From the IMG/VR virus record IMGVR_UViG_3300043435_000886: 64,000 bases of DNA; one strand, written 5' to 3'. The translations under genes were made by a program, and so were the position numbers. Below the pieces are notes generated by a model. It made no database searches and was not told the origin of the DNA. It saw nothing but the letters and a program-made list of their open reading frames with translations. This stretch comes from a virus. Shown here piece by piece: positions 27,940 through 39,103 of the stretch (the stretch's first letter is position 1; each line of letters opens with the position of its first letter).

Positions 27940-29223
27940 CTAGCTTAAAGCTACACCGGTAATACTTGCTAACACACTATCAAAAGTAGTTACAGTAGTA
28001 CCATTTACAACATAAATGTCTAAAGTACCAGGTTCTACTCTTGCAATACCTTGTGCTGATTGGTCAGTTACAGGATTCTCATAGTAAATAGAATAACCAA
28101 TATACTCAACTCCACTTACTGCATAAGTATCGTTAGGTAAAGGCATCCAAATACGATTTTCAACTCCGATATCTCCTAATGCTTGCATTTCTTTTTTAAG
28201 AACTTCATTATAAGTACCTGAACCGTAAACCATAGGTACTGTAAGAGTAATAGGTGTACCTGCTAATGTATCCATTAAAGGAACATTAATCATAGTATTT
28301 AATCTACCTGCTGCATAAGAATTAGCAGTAAAGTAACTACCTGTTACAGCTATTTTAATACCTGCTAAAGAACTAGTAGTAGGTAATACAGAAGCAGAAG
28401 CTCCTACCATTACAGTACCAATAGCTCCAGCAGTAACTGATGTTCCTACAAATGGTCTAGTTAATACTACAGTTGTAATTAAAGAACTTGTAGCAGTAAC
28501 ACTAGCTATTTGATAGATAGGGTTAGTAGCTGCTGAACCTCCAATTCTAATCCAACATCCTGCTGCTAAACCAGCTGCATTTGTTAAAGTTGCACCACTT
28601 GTGATAACTAAAGTTGCACTACCATCAGTATATGCTACAGTTGGAGTACCACCGGTAGCAGGTGCAGTAGCTAAAGTAATATCTGAAAGGACATCTACTA
28701 AAGCAAATCTTCCACCATCAATAGAAGGCATTACACTTAATTGTTGATTTAAATCTTTTACTAATTGATCAGCTACCCAAACTGGGTTGTTTACAGCTGT
28801 TACACCTTGTCTTAAAGTATATTGAGAATAAACTTTAGGAAATGGAGGTGCTAATGTAACCATGTTTTCAATCTTAATTCCGTAAGGAACTGTACTTGAA
28901 CCTGATGCAGCAATAAAATTAATACTGTTTGCTCCTGAACCTGTGTAACCAATAATCTCAATAGGTTGTACTGGAGCAGTATAAGCTTTTTTAGTTATAC
29001 TTTTAACAGCACCTGCTTTGATAATTGGTGAAAGACGTGGGTTTCTTCCCGTAGGAACTCCTTGTGCAACATAAAATGAAGGTATTAAACCTACTGCAGA
29101 ACTTACAGCAGCATTTGTATCTCCATTATAAATTGCAATTTGACCATCAGTAATAACTGAAGGATTTGCACCAGTAGCTAATAAAGTGCTACTTGTTTTG
29201 TGAACTAATACTTGTTTAGCCAT
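27940..29223 (-). CDS. Abundant virion structural protein (427 aa). A strong terminator follows it. Candidate major tail or capsid-associated protein.
   Basis: Ala/Thr/Gly/Val-rich. The rho-independent terminator directly after the stop suggests high expression. Confidence 0.35.
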   Translation of the reverse strand: MAKQVLVHKTSSTLLATGANPSVITDGQIAIYNGDTNAAVSSAVGLIPSFYVAQGVPTGRNPRLSPIIKAGAVKSITKKAYTAPVQPIEIIGYTGSGANSINFIAASGSSTVPYGIKIENMVTLAPPFPKVYSQYTLRQGVTAVNNPVWVADQLVKDLNQQLSVMPSIDGGRFALVDVLSDITLATAPATGGTPTVAYTDGSATLVITSGATLTNAAGLAAGCWIRIGGSAATNPIYQIASVTATSSLITTVVLTRPFVGTSVTAGAIGTVMVGASASVLPTTSSLAGIKIAVTGSYFTANSYAAGRLNTMINVPLMDTLAGTPITLTVPMVYGSGTYNEVLKKEMQALGDIGVENRIWMPLPNDTYAVSGVEYIGYSIYYENPVTDQSAQGIARVEPGTLDIYVVNGTTVTTFDSVLASITGVALS

Positions 29224-29261
29224 TTTGTTTGTTTGTTATTTTTGTAAAAAAATTAAAAGGT

Positions 29262-30326
29262 TTATTCTGTTGTTAAAACTGTTTCTTTATGTGTTTGTTG
29301 TCTTGCAGCTTCAAACTCTTCTAAGAAATATTGAGCAGTCATGCTTATAATTTCTTGGTGAGTATGCTCTGGTAAATCACAACTTATATTAGCATAATAG
29401 GACACAGTTTTAGGTTTACGAATATAAGTCATTTCTATATTACTAACAACAAAATTATTTTTATCGTAGTAAGTGTAATATAGGTTGTTTTCAAATAAAC
29501 TTAAAGGGAAATCTTCAGTTGTTTTGTTAAACGGATCTGCTTGCATTGCATAAATAGTATCATGAGTTACAACTTTATCAGAAGAAGTGTTAGATGTTCC
29601 TTGAGGTGCGTAAGTCTTTTCAATAGGAGAAGTAAGCAAGTTTATACTTATTTCTGAAGTACCGTTGTAATATTTAAACGATGTTGACGGTGTTGTTGTA
29701 ACAAATAAAATATGATTCTTTTTTGTATACGTAAGAAATGTTTCAAAGAACATTACGTTTGTAGTTTTATAATTAGCTACAGTTTCATCTAAAACGATAT
29801 CTTTAAAAGTATCAAAATCATCTGTAGTGTAATTACCTAAACCTGAATTCTCCGTAAATATTTTATTACCTGCCGGGTCTTTAATATAAAAACTAGCATA
29901 ATTAGTAATAGCTGATAAATCAAATCCATAGATATAATAAGTTATGTTAGTGGTAACCGGTGAAAAACTAGAACTACATCCTTTAGTTGAACTTTTTATT
30001 CTTGCTGCCACTTTAAATCTATAGTCTTGTGGTAATACAAACAAAGAACGTTCATCATAACTAAAAGAGTTATTAAACGTAAAACCAAGTAAACCGGGTC
30101 CAGTCATTACTCTTACAAGAGAACGTAAATCATCTGTTCGTTTTTGAGATTGTTCAAATCCTTCTTGTTTTCTATTTGATTTATTATCATACCTCTGATT
30201 GATAAACATTTCAATATTCTTATTGAAAGCCATATCAACTTCTTGAGGTAAAAGCACATCGTAAAGAGCTGAATTTATTTTATTCAGCTCTTGTTCAAGT
30301 GCAATATGCCATTCTTTAATTAGCAT
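29262..30326 (-). CDS. Hypothetical structural protein (354 aa)
   Basis: ORF. Confidence 0.4.
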   Translation of the reverse strand: MLIKEWHIALEQELNKINSALYDVLLPQEVDMAFNKNIEMFINQRYDNKSNRKQEGFEQSQKRTDDLRSLVRVMTGPGLLGFTFNNSFSYDERSLFVLPQDYRFKVAARIKSSTKGCSSSFSPVTTNITYYIYGFDLSAITNYASFYIKDPAGNKIFTENSGLGNYTTDDFDTFKDIVLDETVANYKTTNVMFFETFLTYTKKNHILFVTTTPSTSFKYYNGTSEISINLLTSPIEKTYAPQGTSNTSSDKVVTHDTIYAMQADPFNKTTEDFPLSLFENNLYYTYYDKNNFVVSNIEMTYIRKPKTVSYYANISCDLPEHTHQEIISMTAQYFLEEFEAARQQTHKETVLTTE

Positions 30327-31194
30327 CGGTAGTTACAGGTTTTTTAGTTATTTTAATTACTTTGTACCCTAAAGCTTCTAATTTAGCTTTAAGTTTAACA
30401 TATTCTGTCTGATTTTTAGCTGATTTAAAATAAGCTACTGCTTCTTCTAAACTATCACCTAATGGTTCAGTACCATTTATAAATCTATTTCCAGATTTAG
30501 TTAAAACATTGTAATCTACCATTGATAGAATTTCTGCTTTTAACTCAAGGTCTTTATCTGTAGCCAAAGCCATAAAAGCTTTAGGGTAAGTTGTAACCAT
30601 TTTATCTAGAATTAAAACTTTATCTTCTTTAGATAAAGAGGTATATTTACTTGTCTTTTCTCCTTCTTTTTGAGCAAACACTTGTAAAATCCAATCTACT
30701 AAAGTATCACTTTCTTTAACTTTAAAGTACTCTTTTTGAGCATTTTCTTTTTCTTCAAGAGTTTTTAAACGTTTAACTTTTTCTTCTGTTTCATCACTGA
30801 TAAAGAAATTATAAAACTGATCTGAAAGTAATTGTTGTTTACTTTTAGCTACACGTTTATCAACCATGGCTCTACGGTAAGTTAAATAATCAATAGGTAC
30901 TTCAGGCATTCCTGTTTTATCACTTATTGAAATATTTAATTTTAAACCTTCTTTTGTTACCGGCTTAGATAAGTTGTTATACCAACTGTTAACTTTAGTA
31001 GCAAATTCTGGGTGTGTTGGTGGTATACCTACAATTGAAGGTAAGAATTTTTCTTCTTCTTCAATGCTTATACCTTTAAGTGGAATACCACTTTGAGTGA
31101 TACCTGCACTTAATTTTAATACTGCTTGGTCTTTGATTTCTTGTGGTAATCTAGCAGCTGATTCTCTTCTGTAAACTGTTACGAATTTTTCCAT
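30316..31194 (-). CDS. Hypothetical structural protein (292 aa)
   Basis: ORF. Confidence 0.4.
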   Translation of the reverse strand: MEKFVTVYRRESAARLPQEIKDQAVLKLSAGITQSGIPLKGISIEEEEKFLPSIVGIPPTHPEFATKVNSWYNNLSKPVTKEGLKLNISISDKTGMPEVPIDYLTYRRAMVDKRVAKSKQQLLSDQFYNFFISDETEEKVKRLKTLEEKENAQKEYFKVKESDTLVDWILQVFAQKEGEKTSKYTSLSKEDKVLILDKMVTTYPKAFMALATDKDLELKAEILSMVDYNVLTKSGNRFINGTEPLGDSLEEAVAYFKSAKNQTEYVKLKAKLEALGYKVIKITKKPVTTDAN

Positions 31195-31217
31195 TTGTCT
31201 GTTTTGTCTTTTTATTG

Positions 31218-31246
31218 TAAAAAAGTAGGGGATTTCTCCCCTACTT
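31218..31246 (-). terminator. Rho-independent terminator after the major capsid protein candidate (AGTAGGGGA-gaaa-TCCCCTACT followed by TTTTTTAC)
   Basis: 9-bp stem, T-run on the minus strand. Confidence 0.65.
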
Positions 31247-31252
31247 ATATTT

Positions 31253-32686
31253 CTAGCTCAAGTTACACTGTAAATCAATTGAAGTGTTGAATCTTCTAAG
31301 TACAATTCCTGAAGCTTTTAATAAGTGGATACTAGAAGCATCTTTATCTGAAGCACGGAAATCGTTTCCTTTGAAGTCAGCAGGTAATTCATTAATACCG
31401 GCAACTACACGTCTAATCATAGCACGACCTTTTTTGTTAACCATGATTAAGTTAGGCTTACCGTTGTAAGTTGAAGTATCAACAAACACCATACGATAAG
31501 ACTCTAAAGGTAAACCTGAGATTGGGTGCTTAGGTGAAGCCAAAGCTTTAGGGCCATCATCAAACAAGTTTACACGTTTGATAGTAATAGTATGACCATC
31601 AATATGTTGGTAAGTACTGAAGAAACCACTTAACTCTAAATTTCTACCTGTACCGTAAACGAATTTACCAGCATCAAGTTTAATGTAGGTTCTAGCAGCT
31701 AAATCATCCTTCATAGCATTGTCAAACTCTTCACATCCACCTAAACCTGTAAATAAGGTAATAGATTTCTTAGAAGCATCGGACATACCATATAAAGCAT
31801 CCCTTACAACTTGCTTAACTTTCTGAGTAGTTAAAATACCATAACTATCTTTATTAGTAATTTGTTCTAACAAACCATCACCAATAGGAATAGCTACACC
31901 GTTTTTATCTTTCAAGGTAACAATACCTCTATCATCACGGTTATCTTTACCGTACCAATATAACATCTCACATTCTAATTTGAATGCAATCATGTGTTGA
32001 TACTCTTCAAAATCCCACCAGTAGTTACTAGTACCTTTGTCAGTTTGTACCTGCATGGTCATAGTTCTTTCTACTGCATTACCTTCCCAAGCAAAAGACT
32101 TACGGATAGTAGTAATTTGACCTCTAACTAAACCAGGAGCAGCTGCAAAACTTTCATTACCGGTAGAACCGTAAGAAGCCACAGGAGCAAAGGCTTGAGA
32201 GAACAAGTTACCTGCAACTAATTCAGTTAACGGAACAAACTCAGCAGCATTTGTAGCATTAAGTACAAATGTGTATTCCCAGTTAGTTCCACGTTGAACA
32301 GGAGATTCAGTTACACGAATCTGATAACCATTAGGTGTAAAGATAATGTAGTCTTTAGCAAAACGTCTTTCTGAAAACACTAACTTGAATGGTGTAAAAC
32401 CAATACCAGGTTGTGTAGAAGTAGAAAAACTTTCAGCTAACATTACAGGTGAATAAAGACGACCAATAATACTGTATTCGTATTCATTACCTTCAATCTC
32501 CATTGTATTCTGCATACCTTCAGTTAAGAAAGACAAAGGAAACCTTTCATCTTCTTGACCCATCAAGTATGTTAATACCGGAGTTAATTTTTCGGGCTTC
32601 AACAGAAGTTGACGTTGCAACGAATTATCGTTGGTTTTGCCCTGTTCATTCCAAATCACATCTGGTGTGAGTTTAAAAATTGCCAT
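31253..32686 (-). CDS. Major capsid protein candidate (477 aa)
   Basis: Lies immediately after the acidic scaffold-like gene and portal. A strong terminator follows its stop. Size is typical of crAss-like major capsid proteins. Confidence 0.45.
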   Translation of the reverse strand: MAIFKLTPDVIWNEQGKTNDNSLQRQLLLKPEKLTPVLTYLMGQEDERFPLSFLTEGMQNTMEIEGNEYEYSIIGRLYSPVMLAESFSTSTQPGIGFTPFKLVFSERRFAKDYIIFTPNGYQIRVTESPVQRGTNWEYTFVLNATNAAEFVPLTELVAGNLFSQAFAPVASYGSTGNESFAAAPGLVRGQITTIRKSFAWEGNAVERTMTMQVQTDKGTSNYWWDFEEYQHMIAFKLECEMLYWYGKDNRDDRGIVTLKDKNGVAIPIGDGLLEQITNKDSYGILTTQKVKQVVRDALYGMSDASKKSITLFTGLGGCEEFDNAMKDDLAARTYIKLDAGKFVYGTGRNLELSGFFSTYQHIDGHTITIKRVNLFDDGPKALASPKHPISGLPLESYRMVFVDTSTYNGKPNLIMVNKKGRAMIRRVVAGINELPADFKGNDFRASDKDASSIHLLKASGIVLRRFNTSIDLQCNLS

Positions 32687-32717
32687 GTTTGTTTATTTTT
32701 TATTTTAAAAAGTGTTG

Positions 32718-33824
32718 TTACTTTTTTGCAAATTGAACTGAACCATCATCCCAATCAGTATTATTACTGTTATCTCTTGGGTCAGATGATTTTAACTTTC
32801 CATTACCTGCTATAAGTCTTTCTCTTAATTTAGAGGTATTCTTAGTTGCAGCTGCTTGGTCAATATACTTGTCTAGTTTAAAGTTATTCTTTAACATTAA
32901 AGATAACTGTACTCTACCTTCAGTAGTTGACCATAACTCATTAAGCTTTGTTAGGGCTTCACCAGTAGCAATGTAATCAAAAGTTGATTTTCTTTCAGAA
33001 ACAGGAATAGTAAAATTACCTACTTTTCCTGTATCTACAGTTTGTTTTAATGATTCATAATATTTTCTAGAATCATCTTTTCGTTTATCAGCTAAAGCTT
33101 TCTCTCTTCTCATAACTTCAGCAATTTCTTTTTCTTGAGCTTTAGCTAAAAGAACAGATGCTTCTTCAGCTTCATCTTCAAGTAAACCAGCAATTTCAAA
33201 TTTGTCAATCTTCTTTGTAATTTGTTCTTCACTGTAACCGTTGTTTCTAAAGAATGTTCTTAATACTGATTTCTGTACATTTTCATCTTTTAAATCAATT
33301 GACTTAAAATCTATTTCAGGACTTTTACCTTTAAAGAATTCAGAAATAATTTCTTCTTGATCTTCTCCTGGTAAATCTGAAATCATACTTACTAAGTCAA
33401 ATAACTCTCCTGCTTTAGGATGTACATTGTTAAAATAGTTTGTTACAATTTCTTGTGCACCTATTTCTTTTTGTTTTTCAATGAAAGAAATTAATCCTTC
33501 TTCTGAATCTTCGTATTCTTCATCTTCAGCAAATTCATAACCTAATTTACCAGCTAACGAAAGTATTAAACCATCTTCATCATTATTACCTGTAATCTCT
33601 TTTTCAGGAGCAGGTGTTGGTTCAGGTTCAGGTTCAACCGGATCTTTCGGTTTAGGTTCAGGGTCTTTTTTAGGTTCTGCAGGAGGTTCATCATCAACTA
33701 AAGTAGCTTTAGCTGGTCTTCCTGGTTTACCTTTTGGTTCGTCCCCAGAGGGATTGTCAATTGTTTCTTTGATTGGTTCCGATAAAAAATCATCACCGAA
33801 ATCTGTTCCTTGTTTAGTTGTCAT
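32718..33824 (-). CDS. Scaffolding-like protein (368 aa, acidic, Pro/Glu-rich N-terminus, coiled-coil)
   Basis: PEPKPKDPVEPEPEPTPAPE and a high Asp/Glu content. Position between portal and major capsid protein. Confidence 0.4.
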   Translation of the reverse strand: MTTKQGTDFGDDFLSEPIKETIDNPSGDEPKGKPGRPAKATLVDDEPPAEPKKDPEPKPKDPVEPEPEPTPAPEKEITGNNDEDGLILSLAGKLGYEFAEDEEYEDSEEGLISFIEKQKEIGAQEIVTNYFNNVHPKAGELFDLVSMISDLPGEDQEEIISEFFKGKSPEIDFKSIDLKDENVQKSVLRTFFRNNGYSEEQITKKIDKFEIAGLLEDEAEEASVLLAKAQEKEIAEVMRREKALADKRKDDSRKYYESLKQTVDTGKVGNFTIPVSERKSTFDYIATGEALTKLNELWSTTEGRVQLSLMLKNNFKLDKYIDQAAATKNTSKLRERLIAGNGKLKSSDPRDNSNNTDWDDGSVQFAKK

Positions 33825-33902
33825 CTTCGTTTCAAATTTAAAATTAATTTTTCTAATTTTTATTGTTGCAATATAACTATGTTAGTATACTTATATTATA
33901 TG

Positions 33903-36233
33903 TCACTTATTTGATTGTGATTTCTTAGCAGCAATTTCTTTTTCTTTAATTTGCATGTCTTTTTCTTTCATTTCTTTTTCATGCTTCATTCTTTTATCAT
34001 CGTTATATTGATTAGCTGCTATTTCTTTTTCTTTTAAGTTAGTTTGAGATGTTAATTTAAACTGTTCTAATGCTAATTTAGCTTGACCTAAAATATCTAC
34101 ATTATCATCACCTTCATCCATACCTAAAGCAGTAAGTTCTTTACCCATTAAATCCCAATGCCCTTTTCTATCAATTTTTTCAAGTTCTCTTTGATGTTGT
34201 TTTTCACCAAGTTGATTTTGCATTTCTAAAGTTTTTCTAGCTTCTTCACCTTTCATTTGTTCCATGTGTTGTTGGAATTCTCTTTGTTTAGCTTCAGCTT
34301 TTCTAAGAGCATTTTTAATTTCTACAAAAGATTCTTGTTCAATTAACTCAGCAATAGTAGAACCAGGTGTACCATTCTGAGCCATAGCTTGAGCTACTTG
34401 TTCTAACTTTTGCATTTTCTGTGCATCTTTAGTTGAATTAGACATGAAAATACCTAATTCAGCTTCACTATATTCACCTGGATCAATATCCATGTAAACA
34501 GTATTACCATATTCAGGGTGAACAAAAGCTGTTTTTTTACCATTAATCCAAGCTAAACGTGAATAGTCTAATAAAGCTTGGTATTCTCTTTCTTTAAATT
34601 GGTCAAATAATCTAAAATACATTTCTGTAACTAAAGATGATTGAACTACAGCTCTTTCAACTCCACCAACAGTTTCTGAAGATGCAATAGTACCTTCTCT
34701 TTGTTTAGAGATACCACATATTTCATCCCATTCAGATTTAATAAAAGCTAATAAATCCATATAAGATTTAATTGTATCAGATGCTAAACGAATAGAAGTT
34801 TGATGTTGAGCATTAAATCTTACACCTTCTTTATTATAATCAACAAATCCGATACCAGTTAAATCTAAGTAATCCATCCATTTATCTGTACTCCATCCTT
34901 TAGGAATAATGTTTACATCTAATAAAGACATTTGGTCTTTCATTTTAGCCATGGCTAATTCCATACGAAAATGTACACCATTATATAATACTTGTAACGG
35001 TACCCCTAATGAAACTAAAGAAACGTTTTTAGAATTTCTGTTAGACATTACTCTACCATTATAAGGACTTTTACATTTAGATCCATTATCTAATGAACCT
35101 CTTTGTACCGGGCATGGTCTTATTTTCTTGAAAAATTCCTTATTAATTCTGTAACCTTCCCAAAATTCATTCTCCCAATGCCATTCTATTGTTTGGCCTT
35201 CAGCTACTTTGTAATCTTCTGATACATCTATTAATTGTTCGTTACCGTATTCATCTATAAATTTAACTATACCTACTTTTTTACGTGATTTCCAAACAAC
35301 ATGAATTATTTCTAGTAATCTACCATATGATTTAAATGGTTGTTGTCTATCTTGAATTTGAGCAAAAGGAATAAACCATTCAGCGTTAATAGGAGCCGAT
35401 TGTTCTAATTTTATAATCTCATCTTTAGTAAAAGGGTCATCTCCTTGGAAATAATCTACAATACCTGATACAGTCATGTATTTTCTACGACACACCCAAT
35501 CAGCATCTTCTACAAATTGGATATCCGGGTCTTTATCAAAATCTATATCTAAAGGATTAACTGCTTCGTAAACTACTTCATTAGAAACTACATCTCTAAA
35601 CGAATAAACTTCACCAGTTACCAAAGAATCGAAAAATAAAATATCAAACTTTTCTTCTAATCTTAAATATTTTTTAAGATATGAAATAGCATTTTGTCCT
35701 AAAATAGCTCTTTTATCTCTATAACTAGATTCAAATTCTTTAGCTACATATTCCGGAGTTTGTGTTTCTTGAGTTGGTACCCCAGTTTGAACACCAGCTT
35801 GATTTAAAATATTGATGAACATTTGTTCAACTGTTTCTTTAATCTTCTGATTCTTTTCTTCTAATTTTTTATTTGTAACATCTCCGTTAGTAACTACTAC
35901 AGAAAAATTATCCATTCTTTTAGCAAACTCACCTCTTAATAAATCTATTTTAGGTTTAATTATAGGATAATTCTTAACAAAATTAGGAGACCCTGTTCTC
36001 GTAACACCATAAGGTTGAAGAAAAGATTCATAGTCTTTATTATCTATAACTCCATTATAATAGTCATATAGTTTTTTAAGATATACTTTATAAGACGAGT
36101 TAGCAAACGATGCTAAATTAATAAAAGCATTTACGTTATTTTTACCCCATTCATTTTTATTACTGATTTTATCAGTATAAGAAATAGTTTGTATTGGTAT
36201 ATTAAAAAAACCTGTTGATTTAGTTTCTTCCAT
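33903..36233 (-). CDS. Portal protein candidate (776 aa) with a Lys/Glu-rich coiled-coil C-terminus
   Basis: Immediately downstream of the terminase large subunit. Size is right for a portal. Confidence 0.45.
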   Translation of the reverse strand: MEETKSTGFFNIPIQTISYTDKISNKNEWGKNNVNAFINLASFANSSYKVYLKKLYDYYNGVIDNKDYESFLQPYGVTRTGSPNFVKNYPIIKPKIDLLRGEFAKRMDNFSVVVTNGDVTNKKLEEKNQKIKETVEQMFINILNQAGVQTGVPTQETQTPEYVAKEFESSYRDKRAILGQNAISYLKKYLRLEEKFDILFFDSLVTGEVYSFRDVVSNEVVYEAVNPLDIDFDKDPDIQFVEDADWVCRRKYMTVSGIVDYFQGDDPFTKDEIIKLEQSAPINAEWFIPFAQIQDRQQPFKSYGRLLEIIHVVWKSRKKVGIVKFIDEYGNEQLIDVSEDYKVAEGQTIEWHWENEFWEGYRINKEFFKKIRPCPVQRGSLDNGSKCKSPYNGRVMSNRNSKNVSLVSLGVPLQVLYNGVHFRMELAMAKMKDQMSLLDVNIIPKGWSTDKWMDYLDLTGIGFVDYNKEGVRFNAQHQTSIRLASDTIKSYMDLLAFIKSEWDEICGISKQREGTIASSETVGGVERAVVQSSLVTEMYFRLFDQFKEREYQALLDYSRLAWINGKKTAFVHPEYGNTVYMDIDPGEYSEAELGIFMSNSTKDAQKMQKLEQVAQAMAQNGTPGSTIAELIEQESFVEIKNALRKAEAKQREFQQHMEQMKGEEARKTLEMQNQLGEKQHQRELEKIDRKGHWDLMGKELTALGMDEGDDNVDILGQAKLALEQFKLTSQTNLKEKEIAANQYNDDKRMKHEKEMKEKDMQIKEKEIAAKKSQSNK

Positions 36234-36243
36234 TTGTACAAAA

Positions 36244-38277
36244 TTAATAATTAGAATCTAAATTACCTAATGAATGAAATCTATTAAAAAAAGGGTCTTC
36301 ATCGTAAATATAGTTAATTCTGTTAATTGTTTTAGTTTCTACTTGTTTTTGGTAAAACATAGCAACTAACATAGCTGACACTCTATCAAAGTTACCTTCA
36401 TAGTCAAATTTAAGCAATTCTTCTAGCAAAGGTACAGAATAAATCATATTTAAATTAAGTTTATGTTTACCAGAAGGGTCAATTCCTCTTTTAGCTAAAA
36501 GCCAATCTCTTAGGTAAATAGCTCCTTGTTGCTTTTTTTTCAAATTAGACATTGACATACCAAAACTTCTACCTAATGAATTAGAAACTTTTTCTCCTTT
36601 ATCGTAAATATCAGCTTCATCCTGAAGTAAGTGTAATACTTTATTTGAACGTGCATATTGTATAACATTACCCCTATCATTCTCAAATCCAATTTTAGCA
36701 TTATAATACTTAGCAATCATAAACATAATACGATTGTATTCATCTTGGCCGGCAGAAGGTCTAGCTGAGTATTCAGCTACAATACAATCATCAGGTTGAG
36801 ATAAATTATTAGCTTGTTTTAAAACAAACAAGGAACCTAAAGATTCACCTCTGTCTGAATCTACACCGTAAGGGTCATGTCCTATGTAATATAAATTATC
36901 AGGTATTCTACCGTTTTCATAATGAGGTTTTTGATATTGTACAAAACAACCTTCACGATTAGAATCTTTTTTAATTGGAAAAGAATCAATAGGTTTAAGA
37001 TTGTCTGAAGGTATAAAATTAACAATCCCTTCTTCATCACTTAATATCCCGGCTACACCTAAAGTAGAATCTATTTTAGATGATTTAATATAATTAATTT
37101 GAGCTTGAAGTTCAGCTTTAGGAAAAATATTAGAAGAAGTTTTAATAAAAGCTTCTTTTGGTCTTCTAGGAAACTCAGCTAAGAATGCATCTACAGCACT
37201 AGAATCTTTTGAAGTTCTTTTAAGTTTTTCTATCTCACCTTCAATATGTAATTCAGCTTCATTTATTAAAGACTCTCCTTTATCAGAAATAAAACCACCT
37301 TTACTGTAATAATCAGGTAAAAAATAACCTATTTTATTAAGTTCCATACCTTCTTCCCAAACATTACTATAACATCTAAAGTTATAAGGTTCAGGATTAT
37401 AAAACATTTCTTCAAAATCTACAATACCTCCAGAAAAGTCTCCTCCTGTACCAAATACAAATATCTGTCCTGATACACCTAAACCTTCTTCTACTGTTGG
37501 CCGGGTAGCACGATAAGTAGCTTTTAAATTAGAAAAAGAACCTGCTTCTTCAAATAAAATCACATTAGCATCTTTTCCTCTAGCTACTGAAGGATTACTT
37601 TTAGCTGTTAAAGCTAATATTCTACTTAAATAACCGGATCTTGATTTTGAACCATCAGCTAATATCTCTTCAAAACCTGCAAGAACTTCTTCTTTAGGTT
37701 TGTTAACCAATCTGTTTTTACCAAAATCAGTATATTTAATTAAAAAATCTAAATAGCTAACAGCCATCCCCATAGTTTCTTCAGAATAATCGGAAGATTC
37801 AGCTATAATTAATGACGTTGAACTACGATAAAAAGTATAATTGTAAGCACATTTAGCAGCATTTTTATAAGAATACCCTCTTCTTCTTGGCTTTAAAATC
37901 AACATATGTTGACCTTCTTCTTTAGCTTTTTCACACTCAGTAAAATAAAACCAATCTGAATCCCAGAAATCAGGAAATGTAACAAGCTTATCTACTTTAC
38001 GTTTTGATTTAATGACTTCTGATGAAAATCCTGTTTTTAACTGTATCTGACAAAAGTTTAAATAAAAATAATGCTCTCCGGTAATACGTAATCCACCAAC
38101 TGAATAACCATTTTTACAATAATATTCTTGTTCATCCCAATACTTTACCCATTCATAAGAGTTTTTAGGAGCATCTACATAAAAACCTACACCAGTAGAT
38201 TTAAAATTCTTTAACCATTCTAATGCAGGTCTTCTAAATTCATTAATATTTATATGTTCTAAATTTATATCAAACAT
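36244..38277 (-). CDS. terL: Terminase large subunit
   Basis: Deviant P-loop ILKPRRRGYSYKNA. Walker B-like LIIAESSDYSEE. Asp-rich C-terminal nuclease-like segment HDPYGVDSDRGE. Position upstream of the portal. Confidence 0.6.
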   Translation of the reverse strand: MFDINLEHININEFRRPALEWLKNFKSTGVGFYVDAPKNSYEWVKYWDEQEYYCKNGYSVGGLRITGEHYFYLNFCQIQLKTGFSSEVIKSKRKVDKLVTFPDFWDSDWFYFTECEKAKEEGQHMLILKPRRRGYSYKNAAKCAYNYTFYRSSTSLIIAESSDYSEETMGMAVSYLDFLIKYTDFGKNRLVNKPKEEVLAGFEEILADGSKSRSGYLSRILALTAKSNPSVARGKDANVILFEEAGSFSNLKATYRATRPTVEEGLGVSGQIFVFGTGGDFSGGIVDFEEMFYNPEPYNFRCYSNVWEEGMELNKIGYFLPDYYSKGGFISDKGESLINEAELHIEGEIEKLKRTSKDSSAVDAFLAEFPRRPKEAFIKTSSNIFPKAELQAQINYIKSSKIDSTLGVAGILSDEEGIVNFIPSDNLKPIDSFPIKKDSNREGCFVQYQKPHYENGRIPDNLYYIGHDPYGVDSDRGESLGSLFVLKQANNLSQPDDCIVAEYSARPSAGQDEYNRIMFMIAKYYNAKIGFENDRGNVIQYARSNKVLHLLQDEADIYDKGEKVSNSLGRSFGMSMSNLKKKQQGAIYLRDWLLAKRGIDPSGKHKLNLNMIYSVPLLEELLKFDYEGNFDRVSAMLVAMFYQKQVETKTINRINYIYDEDPFFNRFHSLGNLDSNY

Positions 38278-38879
38278 TATTTTTCCCTTTCAGAAATATT
38301 CACATTTCCTTTAGCCCGTGAATCAGACTGTTTTTCATTTTTTATCTTGTTTTCCAAGTTTTCAAGTTCTTTTAACATAGCCGGTACCCGTTTAGCTACA
38401 TCCATTAAAGAATTTATATCATCTACTGTAACCTGTACTCCGGTTTTTACAGCATTACCCATTTTTATAATTGCTAGTTTATGAGTTTCATTAGTTAGAT
38501 TTTCTTCTAACTGCTCAATTAAAGCTTTAATAATTTTATCTGTTTTATGAATAGTTTCATTTAAAGTAACTACTAACTTTTCAGACGGAGTTGTGTTCAT
38601 TTTTTTATACAACTCAATGCATTCTAATACTTCAGCATCTGGTTGCCAGGTAGGTTCTTTAAAGATATCATTAGCTAAATGACCATGACGTTCTTTTTCA
38701 GGAAAGTTAGAATATTTAGAATTGTAATCTGCCATATGAAACACATAGCATAATTCTTTTTTACATTGTTTCTTATATTTGTCTCTATCTCTAACTATGA
38801 TTTTTCTAAATGCTTCTACATCCCTTATTTCCGGAGCCGGTTCAGCTTCAAAATGTTGGTTTAATATTAAAATTTTCAT
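38277..38879 (-). CDS. Hypothetical protein (200 aa). Possible terminase small subunit, by position only.
   Basis: Immediately upstream of terL; no motif evidence. Confidence 0.25.
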   Translation of the reverse strand: MKILILNQHFEAEPAPEIRDVEAFRKIIVRDRDKYKKQCKKELCYVFHMADYNSKYSNFPEKERHGHLANDIFKEPTWQPDAEVLECIELYKKMNTTPSEKLVVTLNETIHKTDKIIKALIEQLEENLTNETHKLAIIKMGNAVKTGVQVTVDDINSLMDVAKRVPAMLKELENLENKIKNEKQSDSRAKGNVNISEREK

Positions 38880-39103
38880 ACTTCTAGTAAATGTCCTCCT
38901 GAAGTTACCATATCTAATTTACCCATATATCTACCTATAATATTATTACATGCAGTTATAATACCATCTTCATAAGCTAGCCCCATAGCTTTAGCATCTA
39001 ATTGTGTTTTCAAACAACTGTTAGCTACTTCTAATAATTTTACTTCAATATCAATCTTTGGTAATTCCGGCAGCTTTGCTTTTGGATCTATGTTTGTTTT
39101 CAT
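38876..39103 (-). CDS. Hypothetical protein (75 aa)
   Basis: ORF. Confidence 0.4.
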   Translation of the reverse strand: MKTNIDPKAKLPELPKIDIEVKLLEVANSCLKTQLDAKAMGLAYEDGIITACNNIIGRYMGKLDMVTSGGHLLEV